From Bacilli bacterium (GTDB lineage: Bacteria; Bacillota_I; Bacilli_A; RF39; UBA660), in the NCBI GenBank assembly GCA_017432665.1, contig JAFRIS010000032.1, positions 11,759 through 75,758 of the forward strand: 64,000 bases of DNA. Direction: 5' to 3'. The position numbers were made by a program, and so were the translations under genes. Every line of letters starts with the position of its first letter. The first letter of the stretch is position 1. The notes below the pieces were generated by a model. The model was not told the DNA's origin and ran no database searches. It was given only the letters and a program-made list of their open reading frames with translations. Positions 19,486-28,404 of this stretch are shown piece by piece.

Positions 19486-21246
19486 ATGAAGGATTTTAAA
19501 GAAAAACTTAGCTTAGTTCCAACTAAACCAGGTTCTTATCAAATGAAGAATAAAGATGGAATAATTATTTATGTTGGAAAAGCTAAAAACTTACAAAAAA
19601 GATTAAGAAGTTATTTTACTAGAACTGTTACTGGTAAAACTAAAATGTTAGTAGATGATATAGATGATTTTGAATACATTGTTACATCTAGTGAATTAGA
19701 AAGTTTAATTTTAGAAATAACTTTAATAAAAAAGTATGATCCTAAATATAATATTTTATTAAGAGATGATAAATCATATCCATATATTGAATTAACTAAT
19801 GATAAATATCCTACTTTAAAAGTAGTAAGAAACGTAAAAAGAAAAAGAAATAAAAATCATTTATATGGTCCATATCCTAATGTAAATGCTGCTAGAAAGA
19901 CAGTTAATATGATTAATAGGATTTATCCATTACGTAAATGTGATAAATTAAAAAAAGATTTATGTTTGTATTATCATATTGGAGAATGTTTGGGTTATTG
20001 TAAAAAAGAAATTGCTCCAGAAATAATTGAAGAGATGAAAAAAGAAATAATTACTTTTTTAAAAGGAGATCCTAAACATATAACTGAAAAGATAAAAGTT
20101 GATATGGAAAAAGCATCAAGTAATATGAATTATGAAAAAGCTTTGGAATTAAAGAAGATGCTAGAAGATATAGAAACCACTCTAAGAAGACAAAAGATTG
20201 ATCTTAATAAGGAATATAACTTTGATATGGTTAACTATTATTCTGATAATAATTATCTAAGTATAGAATTATTCTTTATTAGAGACGGTTTATTATTTGG
20301 TAGACATAATGAGATAATTACTTCACTTGGAGATATTTCTAATGAAGTAATTGAGTATTTAATAAAATTTTATGATAAAGGAATATTACCCCGTGAATTA
20401 TTAGTACCTAGTGATATTGATAGAGACTTATTAAGTGAATATTTTAATATTAAAGTTAATAGTCCACAGAAAGGTAAATTGAAGAGTCTGTTAGATTTGT
20501 GTAGAGAGAATGCTAAAGAACAATTAGAATTACAAGAAGAGACTTTGAAGAAAGATGATGAAGAAAGATTAAAAGCAATTAATGAATTAAAAGAATTATT
20601 ACATTTAGATAAACTACATCGTATGGAATCATTTGATAATAGTCATTTATTTGGTACTTTCTATGTAGGTGGTATGGTTGTGTTTGATGACTTCTTACCT
20701 AATAAAGATTTATATAGAAAGTATAAGATAAGTACTGAAGTAAAAGATGATTTAGGTGCTATGAAAGAAGTAATTTATAGAAGATACTTTAAAACTATTA
20801 TGGAAGAGTCATATACTCCTGATTTAATAGTAATGGATGGTGGAAAATTACAAATAAATGCTTGTAAAGAAATACTAAATTCATTAAATTTAAATATTCC
20901 AGTAATAGGTTTAGTAAAAGATAAAACACATCGCACTAATAAAATAATGACTGATAATTATGAAATATTAGAAGTAGATAAAGACTCTAAACTATTCTTA
21001 TTCTTAACAAGAATACAAGAAGAAGTACATAGATATGCAATTACATATCATAGAAATATTAAAGCTAAAGGGGCACTTTCTAGTATGTTAGATGTAGTTC
21101 CAGGAATAGGAGAAGTAAGAAAAAAAGAATTATTAAAGAAGTATGGTTCTCTAAAGAAAATGAAAGAAGCTTCTTTAGAAGAACTAAGTACTATAGTAGG
21201 AAAAGACACTGCATCTAAGCTGAAATCTTATTTACAAGAAATGTAA
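19486..21246 (+). CDS. uvrC: Excinuclease ABC subunit C
   Basis: GIY-YIG (PGSYQMKNKDGIIIYVGKAKNLQKRLRSY), UVR domain, C-terminal RNase H-like and (HhH)2 regions. Confidence 0.95.
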   Translation: MKDFKEKLSLVPTKPGSYQMKNKDGIIIYVGKAKNLQKRLRSYFTRTVTGKTKMLVDDIDDFEYIVTSSELESLILEITLIKKYDPKYNILLRDDKSYPYIELTNDKYPTLKVVRNVKRKRNKNHLYGPYPNVNAARKTVNMINRIYPLRKCDKLKKDLCLYYHIGECLGYCKKEIAPEIIEEMKKEIITFLKGDPKHITEKIKVDMEKASSNMNYEKALELKKMLEDIETTLRRQKIDLNKEYNFDMVNYYSDNNYLSIELFFIRDGLLFGRHNEIITSLGDISNEVIEYLIKFYDKGILPRELLVPSDIDRDLLSEYFNIKVNSPQKGKLKSLLDLCRENAKEQLELQEETLKKDDEERLKAINELKELLHLDKLHRMESFDNSHLFGTFYVGGMVVFDDFLPNKDLYRKYKISTEVKDDLGAMKEVIYRRYFKTIMEESYTPDLIVMDGGKLQINACKEILNSLNLNIPVIGLVKDKTHRTNKIMTDNYEILEVDKDSKLFLFLTRIQEEVHRYAITYHRNIKAKGALSSMLDVVPGIGEVRKKELLKKYGSLKKMKEASLEELSTIVGKDTASKLKSYLQEM

Positions 21247-21272
21247 AGGACCAATTTAAATTGGTCCTTTTT
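21246..21272 (+). terminator. Intrinsic terminator
   Basis: Palindrome AAGGACCAATTT/AAATTGGTCCTT plus T run. Confidence 0.75.
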
Positions 21273-21325
21273 CTTTTTATAAATCATTATTATTGATATA
21301 ATTAAAGAGAATAGAGGTGTCTTCA

Positions 21326-22312
21326 ATGGCTAAGAAGAAGAAAAAAGAATTAAAAGATTATTTAACTATAAAAAATATAATGAGTATATTATTGCCGGAA
21401 ATAGCATTTGGTATGTGTCTTTGGGCATGGTATTATGATCTCATAGTTTTAGGAATAATAATTATATTTGCTATATTTTTCTATCAAATGTTAAAAAATA
21501 AAGCAGAGTTTTCACATACAAATATTACTTTGGCAATATTCTTCGGTATTAATGTTATTTTAGAAGTTTTTGTTTTTATACCTGGTTTGATCAGTGCAAG
21601 TGACTTGGTTAGCTATAACATTGTTTATTCTGCGCTATTCTTTGTCTTAAATGGTATCGCAGTAGGTATTAATAAGAAGAAAAAAGATTTGCTATTTTTA
21701 ATGATCTTTATAGGATTAGTATTATTCTGTATGGTAATGTTTTTCATTATATCATTTAATAGTTATTCAGCTAAACCAATTATTTATATTTATCCAGAAA
21801 AAGATATGGATGTAGAAATAAAGGTATCAAACCCAGAAAGATTTACTGTTACTTATCCTAAGTATGAAGAAGGTTGGAAAGTAAAAGCATTAACTGATGG
21901 AACTTTAATAGATAGTAATAATAAAAAGTATTATGCACTTTATTGGGAAGGTAAAAATAAAAGTAATACTATTAAAGAAGATGGATTTATTGTTAAAGGA
22001 AAAGATAGTGCTGAGTTCTTAGAAGAAAAATTAGAAATATTAGGATTAAATTATAAAGAAGCTAATGAATTTATAATGTATTGGTTACCTAAGTTAGAAA
22101 GTAATAAGTATAATTATATTAGATTTAAGACTAGAGAAGAAATAGATAATAATATGAAATTAAATATAAATCCTGAACCAGATACATTAATAAGAGTAAT
22201 GATGGAATATAAAGGATTAGATAAAAAGATAAAAGTAAAAGAAGAAAAATTAACTAAAGTAGAACGTAAAGGATATACAGTAGTAGAATGGGGCGGAACA
22301 GAAATTAAGTAG
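21326..22312 (+). CDS. Membrane protein: variable polytopic N-terminal half + conserved 179-aa C-terminal domain (paralog 1)
   Basis: I prefer the ATG at 21326 (AGAGGTG SD; MAKKKKKELK) over the track start. C-terminal KPIIYIYPEKDMDVE...VVEWGGTEIK is shared with the next gene. Confidence 0.6.
   Translation: MAKKKKKELKDYLTIKNIMSILLPEIAFGMCLWAWYYDLIVLGIIIIFAIFFYQMLKNKAEFSHTNITLAIFFGINVILEVFVFIPGLISASDLVSYNIVYSALFFVLNGIAVGINKKKKDLLFLMIFIGLVLFCMVMFFIISFNSYSAKPIIYIYPEKDMDVEIKVSNPERFTVTYPKYEEGWKVKALTDGTLIDSNNKKYYALYWEGKNKSNTIKEDGFIVKGKDSAEFLEEKLEILGLNYKEANEFIMYWLPKLESNKYNYIRFKTREEIDNNMKLNINPEPDTLIRVMMEYKGLDKKIKVKEEKLTKVERKGYTVVEWGGTEIK
21773..22309 (+). repeat. Direct repeat copy A (3' 537 nt of paralog 1)
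   Basis: Collinear with 22858-23394. Includes a 47-nt identical run (22259-22305 = 23344-23390). Confidence 0.85.
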
Positions 22313-22320
22313 GTGATTAT

Positions 22321-23400
22321 ATGGCAAAGAAAAAAAAGAAAAGAAATTTATCATATTTTATTATTTCGATAGTAGCTCCTATTATTATAGTAATGATATT
22401 TCATACAGTTGAGATTTCTGTTGATACGTTAAGTGATATACCTTATTTTATTTTAGCATTACTTACAGTTGTATTTATAATAGCTGTTTCAATAGAAGCT
22501 GAACCTCACCAATATAAAACTAAAACAGTAGCTATTGTCTTGGGAATATTCATTTTAGCAAATATTTTAATATATCATTATATTGGTGATTGTAGTTATG
22601 ATGGTCGTGGTTATTCTAGATGCACTGAATTTATGCAAAACATACGATCACTTTGTGCTAGCAATTGTATTTACTCAGGAGTGTCACTAATAATATATTC
22701 ATTTAGTAATATTTTAAAGTATAAGAAAAAAATATATACGGTATTGATTTTAGTTGCCTTAGGTATTATCAGTTTCTTGCTTATGAATTTTATATATGCT
22801 TTCATTCATACAGCAATTTTAAGATCACAATATGGTGATTGGCAAGGTAATTGGAAAAAACCAATTGTTTATATCTATCCAGAAGAAGATATGGATGTAG
22901 AAGTAACTGTATCTAATCCAGAAAAACTTACTGTTACATATCCCAAATATGAAGATGGATGGAAAGTAAAAGCACTTATTGATGGAACTTTGATAGATAA
23001 TAATAAAAAGTATTATGCACTATACTGGGAAGGTATTGATAATAAAAATACCGGTATCAAACAAGATGGTTTTGTAATAAAAGGAGAAGACAGTGCTAGT
23101 TTCTTAGAAGAGAAATTGGAAATACTGGGATTAAATTATAAAGAGAAAAATGAATTTATAATGTATTGGTTACCTAGATTAGAAAGTAATAGATATAACT
23201 ATATAAGATTTATGACTAAAGAAGAAATAGATCAAAATATGAAGCTTAATATTAATCCTGAACCAGATACTTTAATAAGAATAATGATGGAATATAAAGG
23301 ATTAGATAAAAAGATAAAAGTAAAAGAACAATCTTTAACTAGAGTAGAACGTAAAGGATATACAGTAGTAGAATGGGGCGGAACAGAAATAAAGAGGTGA
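22321..23400 (+). CDS. Membrane protein: variable polytopic N-terminal half + conserved 179-aa C-terminal domain (paralog 2)
   Basis: MAKKKKKRNLS start. C-terminal KPIVYIYPEEDMDVE...VVEWGGTEIKR. Confidence 0.6.
   Translation: MAKKKKKRNLSYFIISIVAPIIIVMIFHTVEISVDTLSDIPYFILALLTVVFIIAVSIEAEPHQYKTKTVAIVLGIFILANILIYHYIGDCSYDGRGYSRCTEFMQNIRSLCASNCIYSGVSLIIYSFSNILKYKKKIYTVLILVALGIISFLLMNFIYAFIHTAILRSQYGDWQGNWKKPIVYIYPEEDMDVEVTVSNPEKLTVTYPKYEDGWKVKALIDGTLIDNNKKYYALYWEGIDNKNTGIKQDGFVIKGEDSASFLEEKLEILGLNYKEKNEFIMYWLPRLESNRYNYIRFMTKEEIDQNMKLNINPEPDTLIRIMMEYKGLDKKIKVKEQSLTRVERKGYTVVEWGGTEIKR
22858..23394 (+). repeat. Direct repeat copy B (3' 537 nt of paralog 2)
   Basis: See copy A. By eye, roughly five of six encoded residues are identical. 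Confidence 0.85.
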
Positions 23401-23404
23401 AAAT

Positions 23405-23737
23405 ATGACAAAAAGTAAAGAATATAAATTAGTTTATTTTGTACCAAATGTAATTCTATTATTATTTGGATTGTTTATTATATATATGAGTAAATTGAAT
23501 CTTGATTTTGAAGGGAACCTAGTATTATTGCCATGTTTTTTAAGCCCGATAGTATCTTTGTTTATATATAAAAGCAAGAAGATTAGTATAGAAAAGAAGA
23601 ATAAAAAATTAAAAGTAATTGCACTTATAGATATAGTTATACTTGCTTTACTTATTGTTTGGTTAATGTGGCCATCTATTCATTCTACACCACTTCCTGA
23701 ATTTGGAACTACTCAAATTGAAAAAAAAGTGAATTAA
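23405..23737 (+). CDS. Small membrane protein, unknown function
   Basis: 3 TM segments. 4-nt gap to the upstream paralog; a terminator follows. Confidence 0.45.
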   Translation: MTKSKEYKLVYFVPNVILLLFGLFIIYMSKLNLDFEGNLVLLPCFLSPIVSLFIYKSKKISIEKKNKKLKVIALIDIVILALLIVWLMWPSIHSTPLPEFGTTQIEKKVN

Positions 23738-23817
23738 ATACAAATGTTCATAAGAAATGATAATTTCATTTCTTTTTGTTTTATGTTATATTATTAATGT
23801 TAGAAGCAGGTGATACT

Positions 23818-25596
23818 ATGAGTAAGATTAAAGTGATGGATGAAGTTCTAGCTAATAAAATTGCGGCTGGAGAAGTAGTTGAAAAAACTATGAACGTTGT
23901 GAAAGAATTAGTCGAGAATTCTATTGATGCTAATGCTAATGAAATAACTATAAAACTAGTTGATTCTGGAGTAAAAGAAATAGAAGTTAGTGATAACGGA
24001 ATTGGAATGGATCCAGAAGATGCTAAATTAGCTTTTGAAAGGCACGCTACTTCTAAATTGAAAAATCTTGATGATTTATTCTATATTGAATCTCTAGGAT
24101 TCCGTGGAGAAGCTCTTCCTTCTATTGCCAGTGTTAGTAATGTTAGACTTAAAACTAGTAATGGAGAAGTAGGTACATTAATTACTATTAATGGAGGAGA
24201 AGATTTAAAAAGTAAAAGGAGTGATCTACAAGTAGGCACTACTATTACTGTAAGTGATTTATTTTATAATACTCCTGTTAGATTAAAATATTTAAAGAAC
24301 TTATATGTAGAACTTGCTCATATAGTTGAATATGTTAATAAGATGGCTTTATCTTATCCAAATATTAAATTTACCTTAATTAATAATGAAAAAGTATTAT
24401 TAAGTACTGATGGTAGTGGAGATCTATTAAAAGTAATTTATGAAATATATGGAGTAGATATTACTAAGAAGATGATTCCTATTTCTAATGAGAATGATGA
24501 TTATAATATTAGTGGTTATATATCATATCCAGAAGTTAATAAAGGTAATAGAAATTCTATTACTACTTTAGTTAATGGAAGAGTAATTAAAAATAATGAA
24601 TTAAATAAATGTATTATTGAAGCTTATCATACTTATATGCATAAAGGTAGATATCCAGTTGTTGTATTAAATATTGATGTTGATCCAATACTTATTGATA
24701 TTAATGTTCATCCGACAAAAATGGATATTAAATTTAGTAAGATTGATAGTTTAAAAGAATTAGTAACTAAAACTATTGCAAAGAGATTAGAAGAAATATC
24801 TTTAATACCAGAAGTATCAGTTAGAGATAGTTATTCAGTTAGTGAAGTAAGAAACCAAATTACTAAAGAAAAAGAAGAAGTAATAGATAATACTAAATAT
24901 GAAGAAATTAAATTAGATTTTGAAGTCTTTGAAGAAAAAGAAAAATATGATAAAGAATTAGAAGAAAAAATAAGAGAGGAATTACCATTTGATTTACCAG
25001 AGGAAAAGAAAACTCGTATTAAGAAGATGATTCCAAGAGGAGTAGTTCTTTTAACTTATATAATTGCAGAAAATGAAGACGGAATGTATTTAATAGATCA
25101 ACATGCTGCAGCAGAGAGAATTAATTATGAAAAGATTTTAAAACAGATGAAAGAGAAACCTATTATAATTGATTTGTTAATCCCAATTAGAATAGAACTT
25201 CGTAAAGATGAATATATACTAGCTAAAGAGAGATTTTCTTTACTAGAAGAATATGGTTTTACTTTAGAAGACTTTGGTAAAAACACAATTATTATTCGTA
25301 GTCATCCAGCTTGGATACCTGAAGATAAATCAGAATCTATAATTAGAGAAATAGTTGATTTAATTATCGAGAAAGGTAACTTTGATTTTGATCAATTTAT
25401 TTGGAGAATGGCTGCGACTACTGCTTGTCGTATGAGTGTTATGGCTGGAGATTATATATCTTTAGAAGATCAAGAATGGATATTAGAAAATATTAGATAT
25501 TGTGATAATCCATTTACTTGTCCTCACGGTAGACCAACTATTATTACTTATACTAAGTATGAATTAGAGAAAATGTTTAAAAGGCAACTTGATTAG
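23818..25596 (+). CDS. mutL: DNA mismatch repair protein MutL (endonuclease type)
   Basis: I prefer the start at 23818 (GGTGAT SD; MSKIKVMDEVLANKIAAGEVV). GHKL ATPase motifs, DQHAAAERINYEK endonuclease motif, C-terminal CPHGRP. Confidence 0.95.
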   Translation: MSKIKVMDEVLANKIAAGEVVEKTMNVVKELVENSIDANANEITIKLVDSGVKEIEVSDNGIGMDPEDAKLAFERHATSKLKNLDDLFYIESLGFRGEALPSIASVSNVRLKTSNGEVGTLITINGGEDLKSKRSDLQVGTTITVSDLFYNTPVRLKYLKNLYVELAHIVEYVNKMALSYPNIKFTLINNEKVLLSTDGSGDLLKVIYEIYGVDITKKMIPISNENDDYNISGYISYPEVNKGNRNSITTLVNGRVIKNNELNKCIIEAYHTYMHKGRYPVVVLNIDVDPILIDINVHPTKMDIKFSKIDSLKELVTKTIAKRLEEISLIPEVSVRDSYSVSEVRNQITKEKEEVIDNTKYEEIKLDFEVFEEKEKYDKELEEKIREELPFDLPEEKKTRIKKMIPRGVVLLTYIIAENEDGMYLIDQHAAAERINYEKILKQMKEKPIIIDLLIPIRIELRKDEYILAKERFSLLEEYGFTLEDFGKNTIIIRSHPAWIPEDKSESIIREIVDLIIEKGNFDFDQFIWRMAATTACRMSVMAGDYISLEDQEWILENIRYCDNPFTCPHGRPTIITYTKYELEKMFKRQLD

Positions 25597-25641
25597 TTGT
25601 CTTTTATTATGATATAATATGTGCCGAAATGAAGTGTTTAT

Positions 25642-26523
25642 ATGAAAGATATTATTGTTATTGTAGGACCAACTGGTGTTGGTAAAACTAAATTAAGCAT
25701 TGAACTTGCTAAAAAGTTAGATGCTGAAATTATTAACGGAGATAGTGTCTCTATTTATAAAGAATTAAATATAGGTAGTGCTAAACCTAGTCTTGAAGAA
25801 AGAGAAGGAATAGTTCATCATTTGATTGATATTAAAGATGTTTCTGAAGATTATACTGTATATGATTATCAAAAAGATGTTAGATCTTTAATAGAAGATA
25901 TTAATAGTAGGGGTAAAAGAATAATAATTGTAGGTGGTACTGGTCTATATATAAAAGCTGCTCTATATGATTATAAATTTACTGAAGGTACTACTTATAA
26001 TGAATATAATAATTTAAGTAATGTAGAATTATTAGAAAGAATTAAAAAGTATCAAGTAGATACTTTACCAGAACTTAATAATCGTAAACGTTTAGTTAGA
26101 CTACTAAATAAATTAGAAAACAATGAAGAAATTACTCATGATAAAGATAAACTGTTATATCCAATAAAAGTAATAGGTTTAACCACTGATCGTAATACTT
26201 TATATGAAAGAATTAATAAAAGAGTAGATATTATGATGGAAAATGGTTTACTTGATGAAGTTAATTCATTAAAAGATAAGTATATGGATTCTAGAGTATT
26301 AAATACTGGTATTGGTTACAAAGAGTTTTATGAATATTTATATAGCAATAAATCTTTGGATAAAGTACTTGAAGAGATAAAGCAGGATTCTAGAAGATTT
26401 GCTAAGAGGCAATATACTTTCTTTAATCATCAATTTGATACTAAATGGTTTGATGTTAATTTCGATGATTTTAATAAAACTATTAATGAAATAATTGATT
26501 ACATAGAAAAAGGAACTAATTAA
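25642..26523 (+). CDS. miaA: tRNA dimethylallyltransferase
   Basis: P-loop GPTGVGKT, IVGGTGLY, typical length. Confidence 0.95.
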   Translation: MKDIIVIVGPTGVGKTKLSIELAKKLDAEIINGDSVSIYKELNIGSAKPSLEEREGIVHHLIDIKDVSEDYTVYDYQKDVRSLIEDINSRGKRIIIVGGTGLYIKAALYDYKFTEGTTYNEYNNLSNVELLERIKKYQVDTLPELNNRKRLVRLLNKLENNEEITHDKDKLLYPIKVIGLTTDRNTLYERINKRVDIMMENGLLDEVNSLKDKYMDSRVLNTGIGYKEFYEYLYSNKSLDKVLEEIKQDSRRFAKRQYTFFNHQFDTKWFDVNFDDFNKTINEIIDYIEKGTN

Positions 26524-26534
26524 TTAGTTCCTTT
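26507..26534. terminator. 28-nt perfect palindrome: bidirectional terminator spanning both convergent stop codons
   Basis: AAAAGGAACTAATTAATTAGTTCCTTTT equals its own reverse complement. Confidence 0.7.
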
Positions 26535-27446
26535 TAATTCTGAATAAATTTCTTGATCAAAATTATGTTGTGTTTTTTCTTGATTTAATAATTTATCAGT
26601 ATCTATTAAGAAATAGTTGTGTTCTAAGTATTGTTTACCATCAGCAGCAACAGGATCATCCCATGTTAAGTCTAAATGTTTCCATTTATCATTGATATAT
26701 ATTGCATTCCAGACATGTAATTCACTAGATACTTTAAAGCTTTTAACTTTCATTCTTTCTAGGAATAATTCCATTAAATCAGTATATCCTCCACAAATAC
26801 CATATCCTTCGTATAAAGGACCGTAAGCAATATCAGAACGATATTTAACAATTTTCTTATCACTTCGTTCAGAATCATATTTAGTATGATTAATTATATA
26901 ATCATGAACACTTTTAATATTATCTTCAACTGATTTATTATCTTTAACTAATTGGGGATATAATTCATCTACTTTTTTATCTATTAGTTTTATATCATCA
27001 TCAGAATAACTCTTATCAATTCTAATAAATACCTTTCCTAATGAATTATATTCTGTTTCTATATGAGAAAAACCATTATATGGATGAACAAAATTATTTA
27101 TATCAGATAATTTACCTTGGTCTTTAGCTAATGTTTGAACATCTTCTAAGCAATTACTATATTCTTTAGGACAATAAAATGAAAATTCAGTTTTACCAGC
27201 ATTAATAACAGTATAGTAAATATTTAAGATATCTTGAATATTAGTAGGAGAAAAATCATTTGTATTTTGAACATAAGTAAAATCATAATGACGGTAATAA
27301 TCATTCTTATCTCCTAATTTTACGGAACTATTAGGAGACAAGTAAGTATGAATAATTGTAATAAGATCTTCTTTACGAATCATTATTAATCCAACTAATA
27401 TTAATATTAGTCCAAATGTAAGTAAACTTTTCAGTATCTTTCTCAT
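26520..27446 (-). CDS. Membrane-anchored transglutaminase-like (papain-fold) domain protein
   Basis: N-terminal TM segment. GICGGYTDLMELF...HVWNAIYINDKWKHLDLTWDD matches the Cys/His/Asp transglutaminase-core pattern. Confidence 0.75.
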   Translation of the reverse strand: MRKILKSLLTFGLILILVGLIMIRKEDLITIIHTYLSPNSSVKLGDKNDYYRHYDFTYVQNTNDFSPTNIQDILNIYYTVINAGKTEFSFYCPKEYSNCLEDVQTLAKDQGKLSDINNFVHPYNGFSHIETEYNSLGKVFIRIDKSYSDDDIKLIDKKVDELYPQLVKDNKSVEDNIKSVHDYIINHTKYDSERSDKKIVKYRSDIAYGPLYEGYGICGGYTDLMELFLERMKVKSFKVSSELHVWNAIYINDKWKHLDLTWDDPVAADGKQYLEHNYFLIDTDKLLNQEKTQHNFDQEIYSELKGTN

Positions 27447-27535
27447 ATATCCTCCAATTATATTATAATTTTACTCTATTATTTAATTAAAGTAAATAAA
27501 AAGTACTATCTTAGAGAAGTACTTTACTTATTATT

Positions 27536-27799
27536 TTATTCCATAGTATTCTTCATTTTTGTTAATCTTGATTTTAAACGAGCTGCTTTATTTTTGTGAA
27601 TTTTACCGCTAGACATAGCTTTGTCAATTCTTTGAATAGCTATATTTAAGTTATTACTAGCTTCTTCTTTATTACCAGCTTTTACTTCTTTTTCAAACTT
27701 TTTAATTGCAGTCTTCATACTAGAAGTTATTAATGTATTAACATCAGCTTTCTTAGCATTTGAACGCATACGCTTTTTAGCACTTTTAATATTTGGCAT
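27536..27799 (-). CDS. rpsT: 30S ribosomal protein S20
   Basis: MPNIKSAKKRMRSNAKK... I prefer the start at 27799 (AGAGAGGTGA SD) over the track start at 27838. Confidence 0.95.
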   Translation of the reverse strand: MPNIKSAKKRMRSNAKKADVNTLITSSMKTAIKKFEKEVKAGNKEEASNNLNIAIQRIDKAMSSGKIHKNKAARLKSRLTKMKNTME

Positions 27800-27863
27800 A
27801 ATTTCACCTCTCTTTTGTAAACATATTAATAATAACAAATAATTCCGGAAAAAGCAAATGAAA

Positions 27864-27892
27864 TTGACTTTTTCTCTTAATTATGTTATAAT
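27864..27892 (+). promoter_or_regulatory. Near-consensus sigma-A promoter with extended -10
   Basis: TTGACT, 17-nt spacer, TGtTATAAT. Drives the 27919-29710 gene pair. Confidence 0.65.
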
Positions 27893-27918
27893 ATGCGCTT
27901 GTAAATGGGGGTTTTACT

Positions 27919-28404
27919 ATGTCAAATAAAAAGAAATACATGTCTATCAAAGATTATCAAGAAAATGATAACTTACCAGGAGCTGTTTCTACTGAAACTG
28001 AATTTTTGTGTTTGGATGAAGGTAAACCAGATTTTATACCAATTAGAGATCATGTTCCTGGAGAATATGGAGAAGATGTAGAAAATGGTTTGTTTGTAGA
28101 TTTGAATGGTGCAGTAGCTAATGCATTTGATTTGAAATTTTATGAGGAATCAGAACAAAATAAAGCTGTAAAAGAAATATTATCAGAGTATAAAACTAAA
28201 TATCCTGAATATGAATTTGAAATGAAAAAGGGTAAATTTCCTGTAAAAGTGGATTTGGGAATGAAATTTGATTTTGGAAGAATAAGTAATTATCCTACAA
28301 TGTCAACACATGTTTTATATATTAAAAATTATGGTAACTTTGTAAAATCACCTAAGTTAATGATTAGAAGAAGAGGTTATAAAGATGGAAAAGGCAACTA
28401 TTAA
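27919..28404 (+). CDS. Hypothetical cytoplasmic protein
   Basis: GGGGG SD. No recognisable motif. Confidence 0.5.
   Translation: MSNKKKYMSIKDYQENDNLPGAVSTETEFLCLDEGKPDFIPIRDHVPGEYGEDVENGLFVDLNGAVANAFDLKFYEESEQNKAVKEILSEYKTKYPEYEFEMKKGKFPVKVDLGMKFDFGRISNYPTMSTHVLYIKNYGNFVKSPKLMIRRRGYKDGKGNY

Noticed and set aside
22321-22345. A8/A9 homopolymer tracts at or near gene starts (22330-22337, 19201-19208, 38754-38761) as slipped-strand phase-variation switches.
   Set aside because: They encode Lys runs, which are typical of AT-rich genomes and of positive-inside membrane-protein N-termini. There is no evidence of length variation from a single sequence.
23818-25596. mutL without an upstream mutS (the usual operon is mutS-mutL), which could hint at a missing MutS.
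   Set aside because: mutS could be anywhere outside this 64-kb window. Absence from the neighbourhood says nothing about absence from the genome.
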